Of a DNA stretch of 64,000 nucleotides, positions 12,501-26,660 are shown in pieces (the stretch's first letter is position 1; each line of letters begins with the position of its first letter). Under the pieces are notes generated by a model that saw only the letters and a program-made list of their open reading frames with translations, made no database searches and was not told the DNA's origin. The DNA is from Tubiluchus corallicola (taxonomy: Eukaryota; Animalia; Priapulida): contig JAQGDQ010000008.1 in NCBI GenBank assembly GCA_030141605.1, positions 1,612,001 through 1,676,000 of the forward strand, read 5' to 3'. Made by a program: the position numbers and the translations under genes.

Positions 12501-15500
12501 CCGACTATAAGTTTAATCTTGTTTTAGTTTCTAGAACAAAATGTACTAAAACAATAACAAGACTACAAGTGTTTGTTGTGCTTAAACTAGTTCGCAGTGA
12601 GAAATAGTGGACTACTCACTTATTGAGCTTTTTCTATCCAACCTGGAATGTTATTTAGAACACCATTTACCGCTGTTAACGAATTCATTTTTATGTGAAT
12701 ATGTTATTTAGAATACCATCTGTTGTCATTTGGAATCCGCAAAAAATTAGAATACGGAGTAACTCCATGGTAACATCAAAACCATGGGACGTAAAAACTG
12801 ATTAAAAACTTCTTACGCGAAGAGCAAGAGCGAGAACGAAAACAGCATCATGACGAAACAGACCTCTTTGTAAAGTGACCTTGCAAGCGAGTAACACCAA
12901 AACGTATCTCACTATGCTCTAAATTTTTAAAACATATCCATGCTTACAAAGAATGGAATGAAGCCCTCCTGTCTGTCACTTTCAATTGCTTTCTGCAGAG
13001 TTTCACCTCGGAGACAATAGTTCTGATCCGAAGCCAGAAAGTGCAGTTTCACCAAACCAATCAACCCAGCTTTTTCCACTGACGAGTGAGCCTAAAAAGG
13101 GAAGAACGAAAAGGTTCCCAATACCTCTTACTTGACGAATTGATTAATTTGGGGAAGAAAAACTAAGGAATAATGACATGATTATAGTCAAAATAAATTA
13201 GGCTAATACTGTTTTCTGTGAACATTATATAAGAGAAGTGGATTATGTAGGAACTGAACATAATTACGCGACGGTCGCTTCACCATATTTATTTTACGTC
13301 ATTTTACCACATTCCAAAAACAACTGATGATTAATGTCCTGTTTAGTTGTTTACCGAGAAGATATGGGACGTGTGCACGGCCCTCTTAACCCCTTTACAC
13401 CTTTAATAACTTTGTACACTTGCGCTCCCGTTTGCACTAGAAGTAGAGATGTGAACTTGCTTTACCTCTGTATCATTAAAAACGCACTGCATTCAAATCC
13501 CCGCTTAAAATGAAAAGCGCTGTGCTGTACCAGCAGAGTATAGCACACGATACGGGACAGGTACATATTTAAATTAATCCGGGTCCTGAATGTACTCGTT
13601 TTCTGGGCCACATCAGGGAGGTAGTCGCGAAAGTACGATACCCATAATGGTTTCACCGACTATTTACATTTGCTCCGGATCTAAAAAGTACACTACGGTT
13701 AGAGTATTTGCTGTTTAATACAAACGTAATGACAACGTACCTGATCAGAGCAGTAAGCTACAAGTCGGCTGTTTATTTCACCGTCTTCCATTTCAGGGTA
13801 ATGTTCCTGGACACGTCTTATTATCTGAGTTCTTGCAGCCAATAGTGCCACAAACGTGGACTCGCTTGCCGTGGTCTGAAAGAGGAAAGATTTGAATTTT
13901 AACGTTGTATACGAGATAAATACAAAACATTGTTTAGGATAAATATTTTCATTTGTATTGCCTAAAACAAGTTTTGATTTCAATTCGTTTGTTGTCTGTC
14001 TTGTAAATTATTCATTCCAATGTTTCTATAAAGTTCTTTTCAGCACGTACGAATTTTGTTTGCCACGCGAAAGATGGCCAGCGAATGGTGCGTGACTGCT
14101 TCCATTTGACATTCGCTCTGAGCGGTTTCATTTGCAAAACTGATTCTGGCAGTTTGTCTCGTTGAGTGAAAATTTAGTTTAGTTTAGTTTATTCACATGT
14201 ATTAGTACATAAAAAGATGTTCATACAAATAAAAATACAGTACAACTACTACCATACCACATAATTAGCAGTTATTAAGATGTGCAGGAGGACACACAGA
14301 GCAAAGCCACTTACATATGTCTGTCGAATTTATGAAACCTTGTTAAATCAACACGTTCAAGTGTTTTACGAAATAACTTAATATTCCAGCAGTAACTAAT
14401 GGGGAATCATTTACAGAAGCAGACAATAAGTTCCATACTGAATTTGAAAAAATAGTGTAAAAATTTAAAAACGATTTGAGAAAAAATCATGAAAATAAGT
14501 CTTACATGTACGCCTTTCGAAAAGTTAACGAGTGATTACTTTTAGTTTTATAATTTAAAACTTTGGTATAAAATGTATCTATACACATTCAAAAGTATCT
14601 AGGACATAACTACTTGCATCTAAGTATCTATATCTACCAGTTTAATGGTTCATCTTACAGGTAAATATTTGATAATGAGCCTGTCCAGCCTCTGGCCACA
14701 TCAAAATTAAGTAAGCGCTGAGTATCGAATTCCGGCTTTCAATGTGCATCATTGTATAGAAAAAGCAGCATTACGAACTCACGAATGACGGTGGTTTTAT
14801 TTGGCCTGTACCTGTATGACGCCTCCTCCGCGAGTTGTGGAATTTTCCTCCGAATCTTTGTTGCGCCTTCTGTGAAGGAATTCATCGGGTAAGCCAATCA
14901 TCTGTCCCAGCCAATCCATAACTATGGTCTCCAGTTCTGTGCAAGCTGGACTAGATGCCTGTATTATTTGAAACAATTACAGTAAGTTTACTTATATTTC
15001 AGCCCATTAGAATAATTAGTTGTCACGTACGAGAAAATTGCAATACTCCTAATCAACTCCAAGTAAAACGTAATTCGCGCTCACACCAATTAAAATCAGT
15101 TGAAATATGTGAAAAGTATTGATAATAATGCATTACAGTAAGCATGGAAGCCCGGGGACTAATTAACTGTTTCGAAGGTTTTACTCACATCTTCAACGAA
15201 TCCTAGTAATTATGCGATGAAGTCATTTATTTCTGTGACAGTTTGAACTCACCCAGGTGAATCCCAGACAGTTGATGGCATCAGCAAGCATGTCTCCTAG
15301 AAGAGAAGCTGGACTGTTCAATGCGGGAAAATACGCATGCATGTATGGACTTTGCCAGTGCGTTACCTATAAGAAATAATGCAAAATATTATTTGTATTA
15401 TTGTTGTTTAAGCTGTGTCTTGATATTTCAAACACCAATTTCAATTCCAAGTGCGTGGTGGCATGGTACTAGCAAATTATGGTACTGAGCTGAACTGTTT

Positions 15501-18500
15501 GTAAAGAAAAGTTATGCAGTATAGTTACGCGTGGAGGTCCATTATTGTAACAAAGGGATCATTATGTAACAATATAGCATTATGTAACAAAAATGTTATC
15601 ATTTTGAAAGATAGTTTTGTCGCCACTGTGTAGCAATAATTATAGAACAAAAGTGATGCCTTATGTAACAAACTAACGTAGTATTGTTCTTATGGGTCCT
15701 GTCACCGTCTGGGTTTACTCAAATTATTGGACTGCACCAGTTTCTGTCTGTTCTAGATGAGGATCTGACACCGGCTCGGTTTATTCTGCTCTTTGGCTTC
15801 TTTCTGTGAGGTCTGATCTGTCTGAGGTCTGATCTGCCATAGGTCTGGTCTGTGGCTGTTCTGTTCTAACATATGGTCAATACTTGGTCTAAGTTTGGTC
15901 TGCATGTGTATGGTTTGTCAGAAGTCTGGTCTGTGGCTGGTCGCTCTAGGGTCTATTCTGTCTGACGTCAGATCTGTCAGAAGTCTGGTCTGTGGCTGGT
16001 CGCTCTAGGGTCTATTCTGTCTGACGTCAGATCTGTCAGAAGTCTGGTCTGTGGCTGGTCGCTCTAGGGTCTATTCTAGCTGAAGTCAGACCTGTTACAA
16101 GTCAGGTCCGTGGCTGGTCTGTCTAGGGTCTATTCTGTCTGAAGTCAGACCTGTTATAAGTCAGGTCCGTGGCTGGTCTGTCTAGGGTCTATTCTGTCTG
16201 AAATCAGACCTGTTATAAGTCAGGTCCGTGGCTGGTCTGTCTAGGGTCTATTTTGTCTGAAGTGAGATCTGTTATAAGTCTGGTCCGTGGCTGGTCTGTC
16301 TAGGGTCTATTCTGTCTGAAGTCATATCTGTTATGTATCTGGTGCTTGCCTATTCTGTCTGGGACTAGGCTGCCCGAGGTCTCAAGTTTGAATATCGTAA
16401 GACCAAGTAAAGATAATGCACCGCGTACTGATCTGTCTTGGCAGAAGAGACAGATATGAAATTCCATGGATGTCGCAGGCCAGTGTCTAGTGGCCAGTAT
16501 TTGTTTCACCACCGTATTAGTGATGATGGCCACTGTCCAGATGATGGCCATTGCCACACTGTCCAACTATTCAGAGAAATAGAATAGCATTTGCAAAAAA
16601 AAGGAATGAATTTTCTAGGTTATTATGAATAATAATGGTACAGACCCACAATTAACTGAATTATGAAACCGAACTTTGAAAAACAGGAAAAAACTGTGAG
16701 GTTTTATCATTATTAATAAGAATTTTGATTAATTCCGGGAAATGCTGGTTCAAAATTAGTCCAATTCGTTACATTCATTCTAGCCTGAGTGATCTGGCAA
16801 TGACAATGCTAAACTGGATGGCCAGTGTGTTTGTTTAGTATTTTAAAGAATTATTTACATACTCCGGGCATAACGACTCGCTCAACATCAGCAAATATAT
16901 CATCCCAGCACTCCCCGTTTTCCGGTGCTATTTCCGGTACGAGGTTACGCATGTATCCGGGTTTCACTGCCGGATATACTCGTCGGTTTCGAATGTTTTG
17001 AAGATAATCCGCTATGTAATCCACCATCTCTTTTCCTGTAATTACAAGTGTTGTATTGCAATGGGGGCAATAATGGCGTTGGACAGTTTCGATAATTGCG
17101 GTGATGACAATAATCAGAACGTTGATCATGATGATAATGACAGTAACAGTGACGACAGTTACGTTAAGGAGTAGGAATGATGGTTTTAATGGTGTAGGCA
17201 ATAAATGACCACACAATATACACTAACTAGTATCACCAGTACTTTCAAATTTCACGCTGATTATATAAGTGTGAATTTGATAATGCGCCTAATCTAAGAA
17301 AAACGAACAGGTGTTTCTTACATCAAAAAACAGTAATATCTCTTTCTTCATCATCATTAATTAATTAGATTATTACTGTGATCGAAAGCGTTTATAAACT
17401 ATTGCGGTTTATTTTAACAATTATTACCCATTGCGGGTAATGAGTTAGAAAAAGAAAGGAGATGCCGAAAATTGAGTTCTAGTCGGAGTTTGAACCCGTG
17501 ACCTGGAATTAATGATAACTCTTCATTATATTAGACAATTGTGTGTTAAAACCTGGGAGACACGGAGGAATCTCGATCCGTCTGGCATTGAACACCAATT
17601 GAACACCGCTGAATTTAACATTGAGTACATCAGTGGGATTCACAAGTTCAGATTTGTACATGTGTCAAGGTCGAAGGGAGGTTGGTTGACATTTAAAGGC
17701 CATAATGGAAGCGAGCCAATCAAAGACTACAGTAATAAGAGATTAAGTATTTTCTCTTCATTGAACGTAGGAAAGTAAGCCATTTTACAGTGGGGAACTT
17801 GTTCTGCAGAGGAATAATGGCAAGGAATCATTGATCTCAGCAGACTACCAAGACCTTTTCTTGATGGACGTTTATACCAAGGGCTACGCAGAGACAATTG
17901 TTAACTGAAGTCCACAGCAATTTAGTTTATACAGGAACTAATTTTAGTCGGACAATTACATTAAAGCCTTATGAAGTTAAATATGCATTTGTGTCACAAT
18001 TTCCTCTTTTCCTGGTGGTTCATTATGGCTGGAACGTGGTCAGACGATTCACCGCTTTGATTTAACGCTTACATTTTCCTAATTGTTTATCAGTAATCAA
18101 GTCACGAGCGCCCTTAATAACGCTTAACCCTTTGTTTTTGTTGCTTACGCATTTTGGTTGCCTGGGATGATTGCGGTTAAGGCCAGTTTTAGTGTCTGGG
18201 AATCAAATTTGTGTAATTTTTAAGGTGAAAGCGGCTAAGTTTATCAAGAAGGTAAGATATCACGTTATTGTTATTAAAAGTTGTTGTAATTTTGTATTGT
18301 TAACTGTATAAATATAAGTCCTTTTTCAAACTTTTTGCTAAACAAAACTTTGGTTGGTATAAGAATGTTTTTCTCAGAGTTTGCAATTTTCTCAAATTTC
18401 GTCAATGGCATGCTTATTTGTTTGCTTCGTTGTTCATTAAATTTTCATTGATTCCCTCGTTCATTCCTTTCTTCCTCTGTTCGCTCGTTCATTCATTACT

Positions 18501-19963
18501 TTATTCATACGTTCGTTTATTCATTCATTCATTCATTCATTCATTCATTCATTCATTCATTCATTCATTCATTCATTCATTCATTCATTCATTCATTCAT
18601 TCATTCATTCATTCATTCATTCATTTACTCACTCACTCACTCATCCGTTCATTCATTCATTCGTTCATTCCTGCATTCGTTCATTCATTCATTCGTTCGT
18701 TCAATTATTTATTTATTCATTCATTCGTTCGTTCGTTCACTCATTCAGCTTTCTGTCATTTTGGTGTTGAAGAATCCTATCACACTAGACCAAAAAGTGG
18801 GCTTTACTAACAATACCAGGCCCAATATTATCCCACTAGACTAAAAAGTTGGATTTACTAAATAATGTCAGGACAATATCATAACTAAGCCATCACTTTA
18901 GAAAAATATAAGCATATTTAGTTTTTCATAAAGATAATCAAAGCTTCTTAATTGCAGCCTATTACAGGTAAACTCACGCGTTTTAATAATAATAAGCTCG
19001 ATTGTGAAGTAATAAGGGTTGTAGAAAATTGTCATTAAATGTTTGCAAATAATTAATGAGGAACTTATTTTACATTAATAATGAACGATGCGGATGATAA
19101 AATCAGTTTGGTTTATATGATTAATTTGGCAAACTTCTAATTTAATTGCTGTGCCAAGCTATAATGTATGGCTGCGATGATTAAATAATCTCTGAAAACT
19201 GGTACATGCGAAACACCGAGCAATTGTCGCGCGAGACATGCTGCAGCAATTTTTATATGAACCGAAAATTGAAGTAAAATTAAACAATATTAAAACGAAA
19301 AAATCTTGGTAAAAATTGCTATTACAATTGTCGTCAATAGCCAAGTTAATGACAATAGCGATATCAAGTAATAGGTACTCAGAGCCTCTAACTGACTGCG
19401 TGCTGATAGTATGAAAATTCACAACCGATTCACAACATGGGTTTTGACAGCTCAAATGGACCGAAAGTGTGGCCTGATACTACAAGGTTCCGGGTTCCAA
19501 ACTGGTTGACTCACAATTTTTGAATGTCGTTCTCCGGGGTAAATTTTAACTGTTGATTAGTTTTAAAGAACACAAGAAGACCATCGAAGGCTGATAGAGA
19601 ATTAACACACATAATTTAAGGAGTTGATTTAAGATCATATACAGCACAACTGTAGAATTTATTAGAAACGAATACACATCGTAGTAGGACCGCGATGATT
19701 GCACTGCACGAGATCACCATGGGTTTTGCGTTGATTTTACAAATTTTCAAGACCACAGAAGCAATAATAGTCTATTATTATTTTCACATGACAAGCTAAA
19801 TCCGCTAAACCCGGCAAATAAATTAAAATTCCGCATCGACGAATTGTAGCCGAATTTAGGGATTGTCTTTTAAAGTTCAGAAAGTGTCTTGTTTGATTAA
19901 AACTCTGTCAATGCCCAAGAGAGTTCACGTAGTATACCGGACGACAATGAGCATTTCTCTGCG

Positions 19964-20003
<40 letters not shown>

Positions 20004-23000
20004 GACGAAATTTCATTTCTTTCGGCAGGAAATGCAAAGAAGAAACACTTCTTTGAAGAATTTCCCGAAGACGTTCACGAAATTCAGTCAAGATAGAGAA
20101 CAAAGAATTAAGATATTGATATTAAGTTTTGAAGGTTACAGGTGTTAAAGTTTTAAAAGCTGATTTTATTAGTTTTCAAGACAAGAGGAACAACCATGGT
20201 TTGTTATTATTTTCGCATGATAAGCTAAATCCGGTAAACCAGGGCAAATAAATTAAAATTTCGCATCGTCGATCTGTTGCCGTATTTTAGGGATTGTCTT
20301 TTTGAGTTTATAAAACGTGCCGTTTGATTGGGTTACAAGGTACAATAAATTGAGTACTGAAAACACTCTATAATTTTCTTATTTCTCGACTATAGTAATA
20401 GTACGGCATTTTACAAGCAGGGGTCCATCAGCTGGACTTGTGTATTTTAAGGTGGATGTTGACGTGACAGAAGGCTAGATCAAGGGCAATCCTTTGAGAT
20501 GACTTTGAATCGACAGAAGTTTCTTAGCTGGACCCGGGTGCTTATACATTCTCTTCAACGAGGCAAAAAAACAGGGTGATATAGTAGAAGTGCCACTCAT
20601 CTATTGACAGAGCAGGTTCAGCGTTACTAAACTTTGTTAGGTACATGCAGATTAAAATACAAATTCCTTCTAGAGCGAGATGTGTTTTGTGTTCATGTTT
20701 TCTTTTTTATTTCTTTAATAATCAAAAGTCGGTCATGCGCACTAGAGGTTTAACGAACTTCCTGAAACTGAGTGTCAACGCTTTTTTACGCCTTGGCTTT
20801 CTGGCCAGTTTATATGGTGGACGCAAGTTGAATTTTCAGTTTGACGTTTTTTGAACTCTCCAGGATAATGGCCGCAAACCAAACCAAGAACACCAAGCTT
20901 TGATTTCAGTTTATAGGTAAACCTTTACCTGGTTTTAAGCAAAGGTGTATGTGTGTGCATCTTGACATACTATATTTTGACATTTTATTAAGTAAAGCTG
21001 CTTATTCTCTTAGAAGTAGAGTCTTAATTTCTAGCAGTGCTCGTGTGAGTGTATTGTAAATAGTGACATTTATTTTATTCAAAACTGTATAACAAATAGT
21101 TAAATCTATTATTTGTAATTTTATGTGGATTGTAATTTGATGTGCATTTTTTGGGGATTGGTTGCGTCTGGTTTTAAGACAGCATGAACTCTTAGAATTG
21201 TCTCGACTTTATTTTATAGTTCATGGCGAGGCACCTAATTACATTCGTGACATGATTCTTGCAACAAATTCAAATTGGTATAGTCTTAGATCGAATGATA
21301 GCTCTTTTCTTACAGTTCATAGAGTGCGCTATTCCATTTGAGTGATAGGTCATTTGCTGTAGGACCAACTCTATGGAGCCTGCCTATCCACATCAGGACA
21401 CTTTCGAACACAAACACTTTTAAAATACAAATTAATACATATTTATCTAAAACAGCATACAATCTTTGAAGAAAATGAAATTTTCATTTGTCGTTATATG
21501 CTTGTATTTTGTGAATCTGTGTTTTTTTACGTATTTACTTATTGTAATTTAGTAGGATTGCCGTTTAATCTTGTAAACCTTTTTTTAAGTCCGTCATGGT
21601 GATTTTAGATATCTTTGTGAAGTGTCTTTGAATATTGTCAGTAGTGTTGTGTATAGATTTAAACTCTACACAAAATAAATATTATTATTATTAATATTAT
21701 CGTAATTTTTTGTAATTATTGTATTTTATACTAACTGTTATTTATAGTTATTATATGAGAAATGCTTGCAATAAAAACTTTACTGCAACTTACTTACTAA
21801 CATTACTCAGCTTCACAACTCGGTGGAGTAAGACAACAAAAATTATTGTCCATCAGCATTTCTATGTTTTTGACCTTTTTCTGTTTTGTTTTCTTTGTAA
21901 ACGTGCTTTGTTTTGGTTTTAATGCAAAATAATAATAAAAATTACTCCCCAAGTTTGTCCTAGCACATTTTTACATCATTAATTTACTAGCGCACACGCT
22001 AGACGAAATAGTGGGCTTCATTTTCAACAAACTAGCAATCGGCGAACCGTTGATCAGACGTGCAAACGTGTGCTAGGTAAAAACGAAGCTAATTTTCAGC
22101 TGTTCACTAATTATTAGTGATGTCATATATTAGTAATCAATAAGAGGTCGATCGAGATACGACCATAACCCTAACGGTGCATTAATTTCACACTAAGTTC
22201 TTTTCTCACTATTCGCAGGCGTTTCAATCTTTGGGAGATTAGTAATTGACACAGTTGGCTTTAATTATTTAAATTATCATAATTTTTTTTCTGCTAATAA
22301 CGCACTGTAGTCAGTCATATGGTATCTGTACAAATATTACCCTATATGACTTTTAGACGTTTTTGCCGGCTTAATTGGAATATCTGCAGGGACGTGTAGA
22401 ATTACGCCAATGCCTCTATCATGTACCGTATAAAATTATGCCAATGCCTATGCCATACACTTGTAGTTTTCGCCAGAACTGCTTCTATGTGAAATGCTTT
22501 ACCGGCGTTCATCATAATAATTTCCTTTTAGACTAATACCGTGGGATATATATATTCCACGCCTTCACAATAGCAGATTCTAGAACACCAAGCCTAGTTT
22601 TACTTGTTTCTTCTCCTTCTACAGCTCAATCACGCCTTTTTTCTACTGTTTTTTTACAGCAGTTTTTGCAAGTTTAGGTTTACTTTTTGGGAATTTTTCA
22701 TTGAAGGTCGATGTCTCGGATTGATCCAGATTTTTAGGAGCTAACAGGCTAAAGAAAGGGCCACACATTGTTAATGAATATGGTACATGGGATATGTTTG
22801 ATCTATAAGTTCTGGGCCACTGTGGTAAGAGCGAGTTGATTCTAAAATAGTGTTCTGATATATTCACTATTTCTGTCTAATAATATTGTGCCAACTAGAC
22901 AAACGATTTCTGCAGTTGGGAGGACAACGAAAATGTTGGCTACGCTTTTATATCGTTAATGTACACGTCTTTACTGAGTCAAGAAATAATAATAATAAAC

Positions 23001-25395
23001 TGGGTAGTACTTTGTTTAATTTTATATTAAGAAAATTTTTGTTGCATATTTAATGATTAAGAATTTATGAAAGTGTAAATTTCTGAACTATTTTTTTATG
23101 AAGCGATCTCTAATTTCAATAGAGAATGTTTTAACAAATATAGCAAATATCAATGTGTTAAACTTACCATGTATTAATGTATGCATCAAGAAGCAATAAT
23201 TAGTACCACTAACTAAACATTGTAGATATGGAACACAATAGCTACCATCAGGCACATTCAAAGCATCAAACTAAAAGAGACACCAATTAAATGTAAAGCT
23301 TTTTCTAAGTTTCTCTGTTCATTTCTCACTTTTTGTATTATTTTCACACACAAAACTAATTTACTCGAGTCTAAGCTTTTTAAGAGTGTAATTTATTTTC
23401 CTCAAGCTGCTCGGGCGAAACGGCAATGTATGATGCTTTAGCACGAAAATTAGGCATTAATTTCGTTTTAGAAGGAATTGTAACTGTTCAATAATTTTGT
23501 TAGGCAAATTCTGTACAAAAAGTTAGCAAAAATTCTTGTTACCAACATTGTTGCTGTGTGATTAAGATATTTCCTGATCAAGCCTTTGCCTATCGTAACA
23601 TTTATTTTATTTATCCAAGTGACACAGGTGATCACAATTAAGGATGTGTTATTTTAATCAGGTAGACTGCAATCAGCTCAATTATCAAATAACAACAGAA
23701 GTATTTGGCAATAAAAATCCCATAACGCGTTATTAATGTCTCACTTCTGCTAGTTACTGATCTGAATTTATTGCAGCCAGCTAATTCCATAACAATCTAC
23801 GCGATTTATGAGTGAAAAACTTGTGAATTCCCAGAAGCACTCCCTGACTGGCACGGGCGTTGAGAAGCACTTGACACTCTGTAACGTCACGCGTTTGTGT
23901 CAAAATATTTGCTTCAAATTTTCTTGAAAAATTTGCAAGTTTTAAGTTAGGTTTTCCTAACGTAATGGCGCGCATTGTTTCCAACACCCTACAAGTTGCA
24001 ATATACGCCCTCCGATTAACGTAGTTCTAATTTGATGGAAATAAATTCATTTGGCTTAGAAACGCTGCAAAAGGTTAATCCTTAAACTTACGAGATGTAA
24101 GAAAGGGGATTTTCTTCGTGCTTTCAGACAAACTGTTACTTTCCTATGAGAAACTGATTTCGCGCATTTTTGTTATGCCTCTGTTTTCAAAAGTATTTTC
24201 CAAGCCAGCATGTAATACCCGATAAGCGAACACATTATTTGCAATCCAAATGTTCAAGGTTCAAATCCTGGATTTCACAGTTCCTTTATTTCTGCCAAAT
24301 TTGCTTAAAACTATTTAATAACTATTTGTCTACGTCATTAATAATAATATTGCAGTTTACTTAAATACCCATAAATCGAGACTAAATTAATTTCAAAAAA
24401 TTACTCTGTTTAGACATAATAATTACGTTAGGGTGAGTAAACTATCATTGCATTGGCTGCTAAGATTAAGTTGCACATCACATGGGATTATGTGGAGAAT
24501 ATAACATAAGATTGTTAAAATTTTCATAGTTTTCTAAGTCGTGCTCTGACACAATTAGTAACATCTAGAAAAATTTCTTGAAAAATAACAAGATTGAATG
24601 AATTCAGATCAGATCCCAATATGCAAGCTTGATTATCACATGACTATGCTTTGTCCTGGAGACTGAGCAGTTTGTGCTAATTTTCACATTTTGACTCCTC
24701 TCTCGGGTCCCTAAACAGTCTTTGCGTTTTTAAATTATTTATACCATTGTCACTGCCCTATCCCAGCCTCCTGCATTTGCGAATTAATGTGAATTAAGAG
24801 TGGGTGCTTAAGAAAACTCTATGACCAACAAAATGAGACGATGAAATCAGCGAATGGGTTTTTCTTGCAATCCGCTGCTTGCGGATTAAAAACTCGATAC
24901 GTGCAGGTCAACCATTATTAGTGGAATTTCCCTAAATAGATGTATTAGAATAGAATATAAGACCTATCGTTAGTGCCAGCTCATTATAGCTTATATTAAC
25001 TTGTATCTGATGAACAAATATACCAACCGGCTTTCCTAAAATTGTGTAATTGACATTACAATGGCCTTCAAATATTTACCCACTTCGGCGGCTCTGCGTA
25101 TACCCGCACCCCATCTTAAGCACAGCGCCCATTCGCATGTTAGCGAATAATAGCTTGACAGAAGCCCAGTTTTGGCTTCACTCATAACAAACACTGAAAC
25201 CTGATTAGCTATGTAAAGACAGCTAATTGTAGCTCATGTATTCAGCAACAGGTGTCGTGTTATCATAGAGGCAACAGGACACACTCTATAATGTCATAGC
25301 TGATCAAACAACAGCGAATCTTTTACTGCACAAACAAATTATTTGAAAACACAAGGTCATGGTCATAGTGTAGAGACTGTACATCCCGTCCTCTG

Positions 25396-25451
<56 letters not shown>

Positions 25452-25487
25452 TCTCCTCTCTTTCTCTCTCTCTTTCTTCGTCTTTTC

Positions 25488-25533
<46 letters not shown>

Positions 25534-26660
25534 CTTTCTCTCTCTCTTTCTTCGTCTTTTCGTCTCTCTCTCTCTCTCTCACACTCGCTCTCTCTCTTTC
25601 TCTCCTCTTTCTGTCTCTCTTTCTCTCCTTTCTCTCACTCTCCCTCTTTGTGTATGTCTTCGTTTCTCTCTCTCTCTCTCTCGGTTTCTGCCTTTAACTG
25701 TTCTCTCGCTGGGACCACCTATTTACTCCACTCTTCCAAAGAAACAAATATGTAATGGTAATCAACAATACTACTGTGTTTTGTGCACGAATATCATAGT
25801 TTGCTTATTTCAGCATGTTTCTATACCTAATGGATTTTAGTAAATGCCACCCGTAGTATCAGTCAAGTTACATGTGCACATCAAGATCAAATTAAACGAA
25901 ATAACATAATATTCGACGAAGTGGCTCGAATCGGACGCGCAGCGCCTGACCACCAATAACTTGCATACACAAAATTGACTTGTTTCATTTAAATTTTAGT
26001 TTGACCACCTGATGCACGAAGTCCCAAGCGTTTCAACTCATTTTAGGAAAAGTCTTCAATTTATTGCTTACGATCGAAATTGTATTGAAAGTTGAACTTT
26101 TTTGTTGTGCAGGGGAGCCAACTGTTTCCAAAACGCAATTATCATAAAGGGAGGGCTACGATGCTAAGATGAAAAACTTGTTGAATAAAGGTTATTAAAG
26201 GACTTTATTTACTAGCATTCCTACGTTTATTTACTAAATTTTGCTACAGGTGATTAAAAAAGGTCATAGACTTCTTCATACGGAAAATTGGCATAGCTAG
26301 TTTTCATGAAAAAGTTTTAGTTTTTGCACGTTCGTAGAATGAGATGCTAATGTTATAAATCAGTAGAGTTGTTTGTAAGAATTTATATTTAAACCCTTAA
26401 TTAAGTGACATTTAAAAGCGTAAGACGTACGCAAGAGTATTCAATTTTGTCTTCTGATCAATATTAGCTCTGTTGTACTCATCATCTCCTGTGCAAAAGT
26501 CACAAACTGGCACACTTCAGGACCTACTGTTGCTTTATTAGTAAAAGGGTCTAATCCTAATCGAGGCTACACAACAGAAGTAGATTGAAATGAAGCTTAT
26601 GAGTTTACCTCTAATGCGATACTCGTCCAAGTCCATTCCACAACGGGGCCACCCAGGCAT
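9528..26660 (-). CDS. Hdc: Histidine decarboxylase (group II PLP-dependent), 691 aa from ATG 26636 or 699 aa from ATG 26660; exons 26660/26636-26609, 17035-16863, 15366-15253, 14958-14812, 13875-13741, 13091-12948, 12468-12402, 12271-12109, 11768-11678, 11066-10968, 10546-10445, 10340-9528
   Basis: Motifs [82 protein letters not shown], the PLP lysine in FNPSKW, and [11 protein letters not shown] (Ser where DDC has Gly, the HDC-type residue). Internal exon sizes 173/114/147/135/144/67/163/91/99/102 match the recalled vertebrate HDC structure except exon 4 (+24 nt). All junctions are GT-AG and in phase. Confidence 0.96.
11325..11691 (-). repeat. ~21-bp tandem repeat (~17 copies) formed from the Hdc exon 9/intron 9 boundary
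   Basis: Sense unit caatagattatatg|gtaaaaa. The copy at 11671-11691 is the authentic exon end (AIDYM|GT). Confidence 0.95.
11881..12111 (-). repeat. 21-bp tandem repeat (11 copies) formed from the Hdc exon 8/intron 8 boundary
   Basis: Sense unit gtg|gtaagtgacatggctaag. The copy at 12091-12111 contains the authentic donor (AMW, phase 2). Confidence 0.95.
14175..14460 (-). mobile_element. Decayed CR1/L2-type LINE 3' end in Hdc intron 4
   Basis: Shares 3' blocks (acttaca..tgtct, aaataactt..atatt, tacaaataaaa) with 56280-56745. The minus strand gives a VWNLL-like RT tail followed by an AATAAA tail. Confidence 0.5.
15921..16345. repeat. 59-bp minisatellite, ~7 copies, with degenerate copies from ~15740, in Hdc intron 2
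   Basis: Unit gaagtctggtctgtggctggtcgctctagggtctattctgtctgacgtcagatctgtca recurs at 15921, 15980, 16039 and onward. Confidence 0.93.
18415..18747. repeat. (TTCA)n microsatellite
   Basis: Pure and degenerate ttca/ttcg repeats. Explains spurious ORF 18418-18810. Confidence 0.95.
19455..19520 (+). mobile_element. Degenerate tRNA-derived SINE head
   Basis: B-box-like ggttccgggttccaaactggttgactcac. A reverse-complement relative lies at ~55440-55500 (gtgagtcaaccaagatttgaactcag). Confidence 0.4.
19770..20330. repeat. Two diverged direct copies of a ~130-bp sequence (~19770-19897 and ~20200-20330)
   Basis: Both contain aagctaaatccg.taaacc, ggcaaataaattaaaatt, cgcatcg and tttagggattgtctttt. Confidence 0.8.
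21220..21469 (+). pseudogene. Decayed L2/CR1-clade LINE ORF2 C-terminus
   Basis: Reads [24 protein letters not shown] (frameshift) [29 protein letters not shown], a typical L2/Crack RT tail. Confidence 0.7.
25390..25682. repeat. (CT)n microsatellite
   Basis: Long CT tracts. Explains ORFs 25304-25582 and 25343-25840. Confidence 0.95.

Noticed and set aside
17362-17372. TAATTAGATTA (P3/RCSI-type photoreceptor element) in Hdc intron 1
   Set aside because: Tempting because histamine is the arthropod photoreceptor transmitter, but at this AT content one or two matches per window are expected by chance.
17470-17510. B-box-like motifs as tRNA genes (also ~24256, ~28450, ~30455, ~36115)
   Set aside because: No cloverleaf or acceptor-stem pairing can be formed. 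At most these are SINE remnants.
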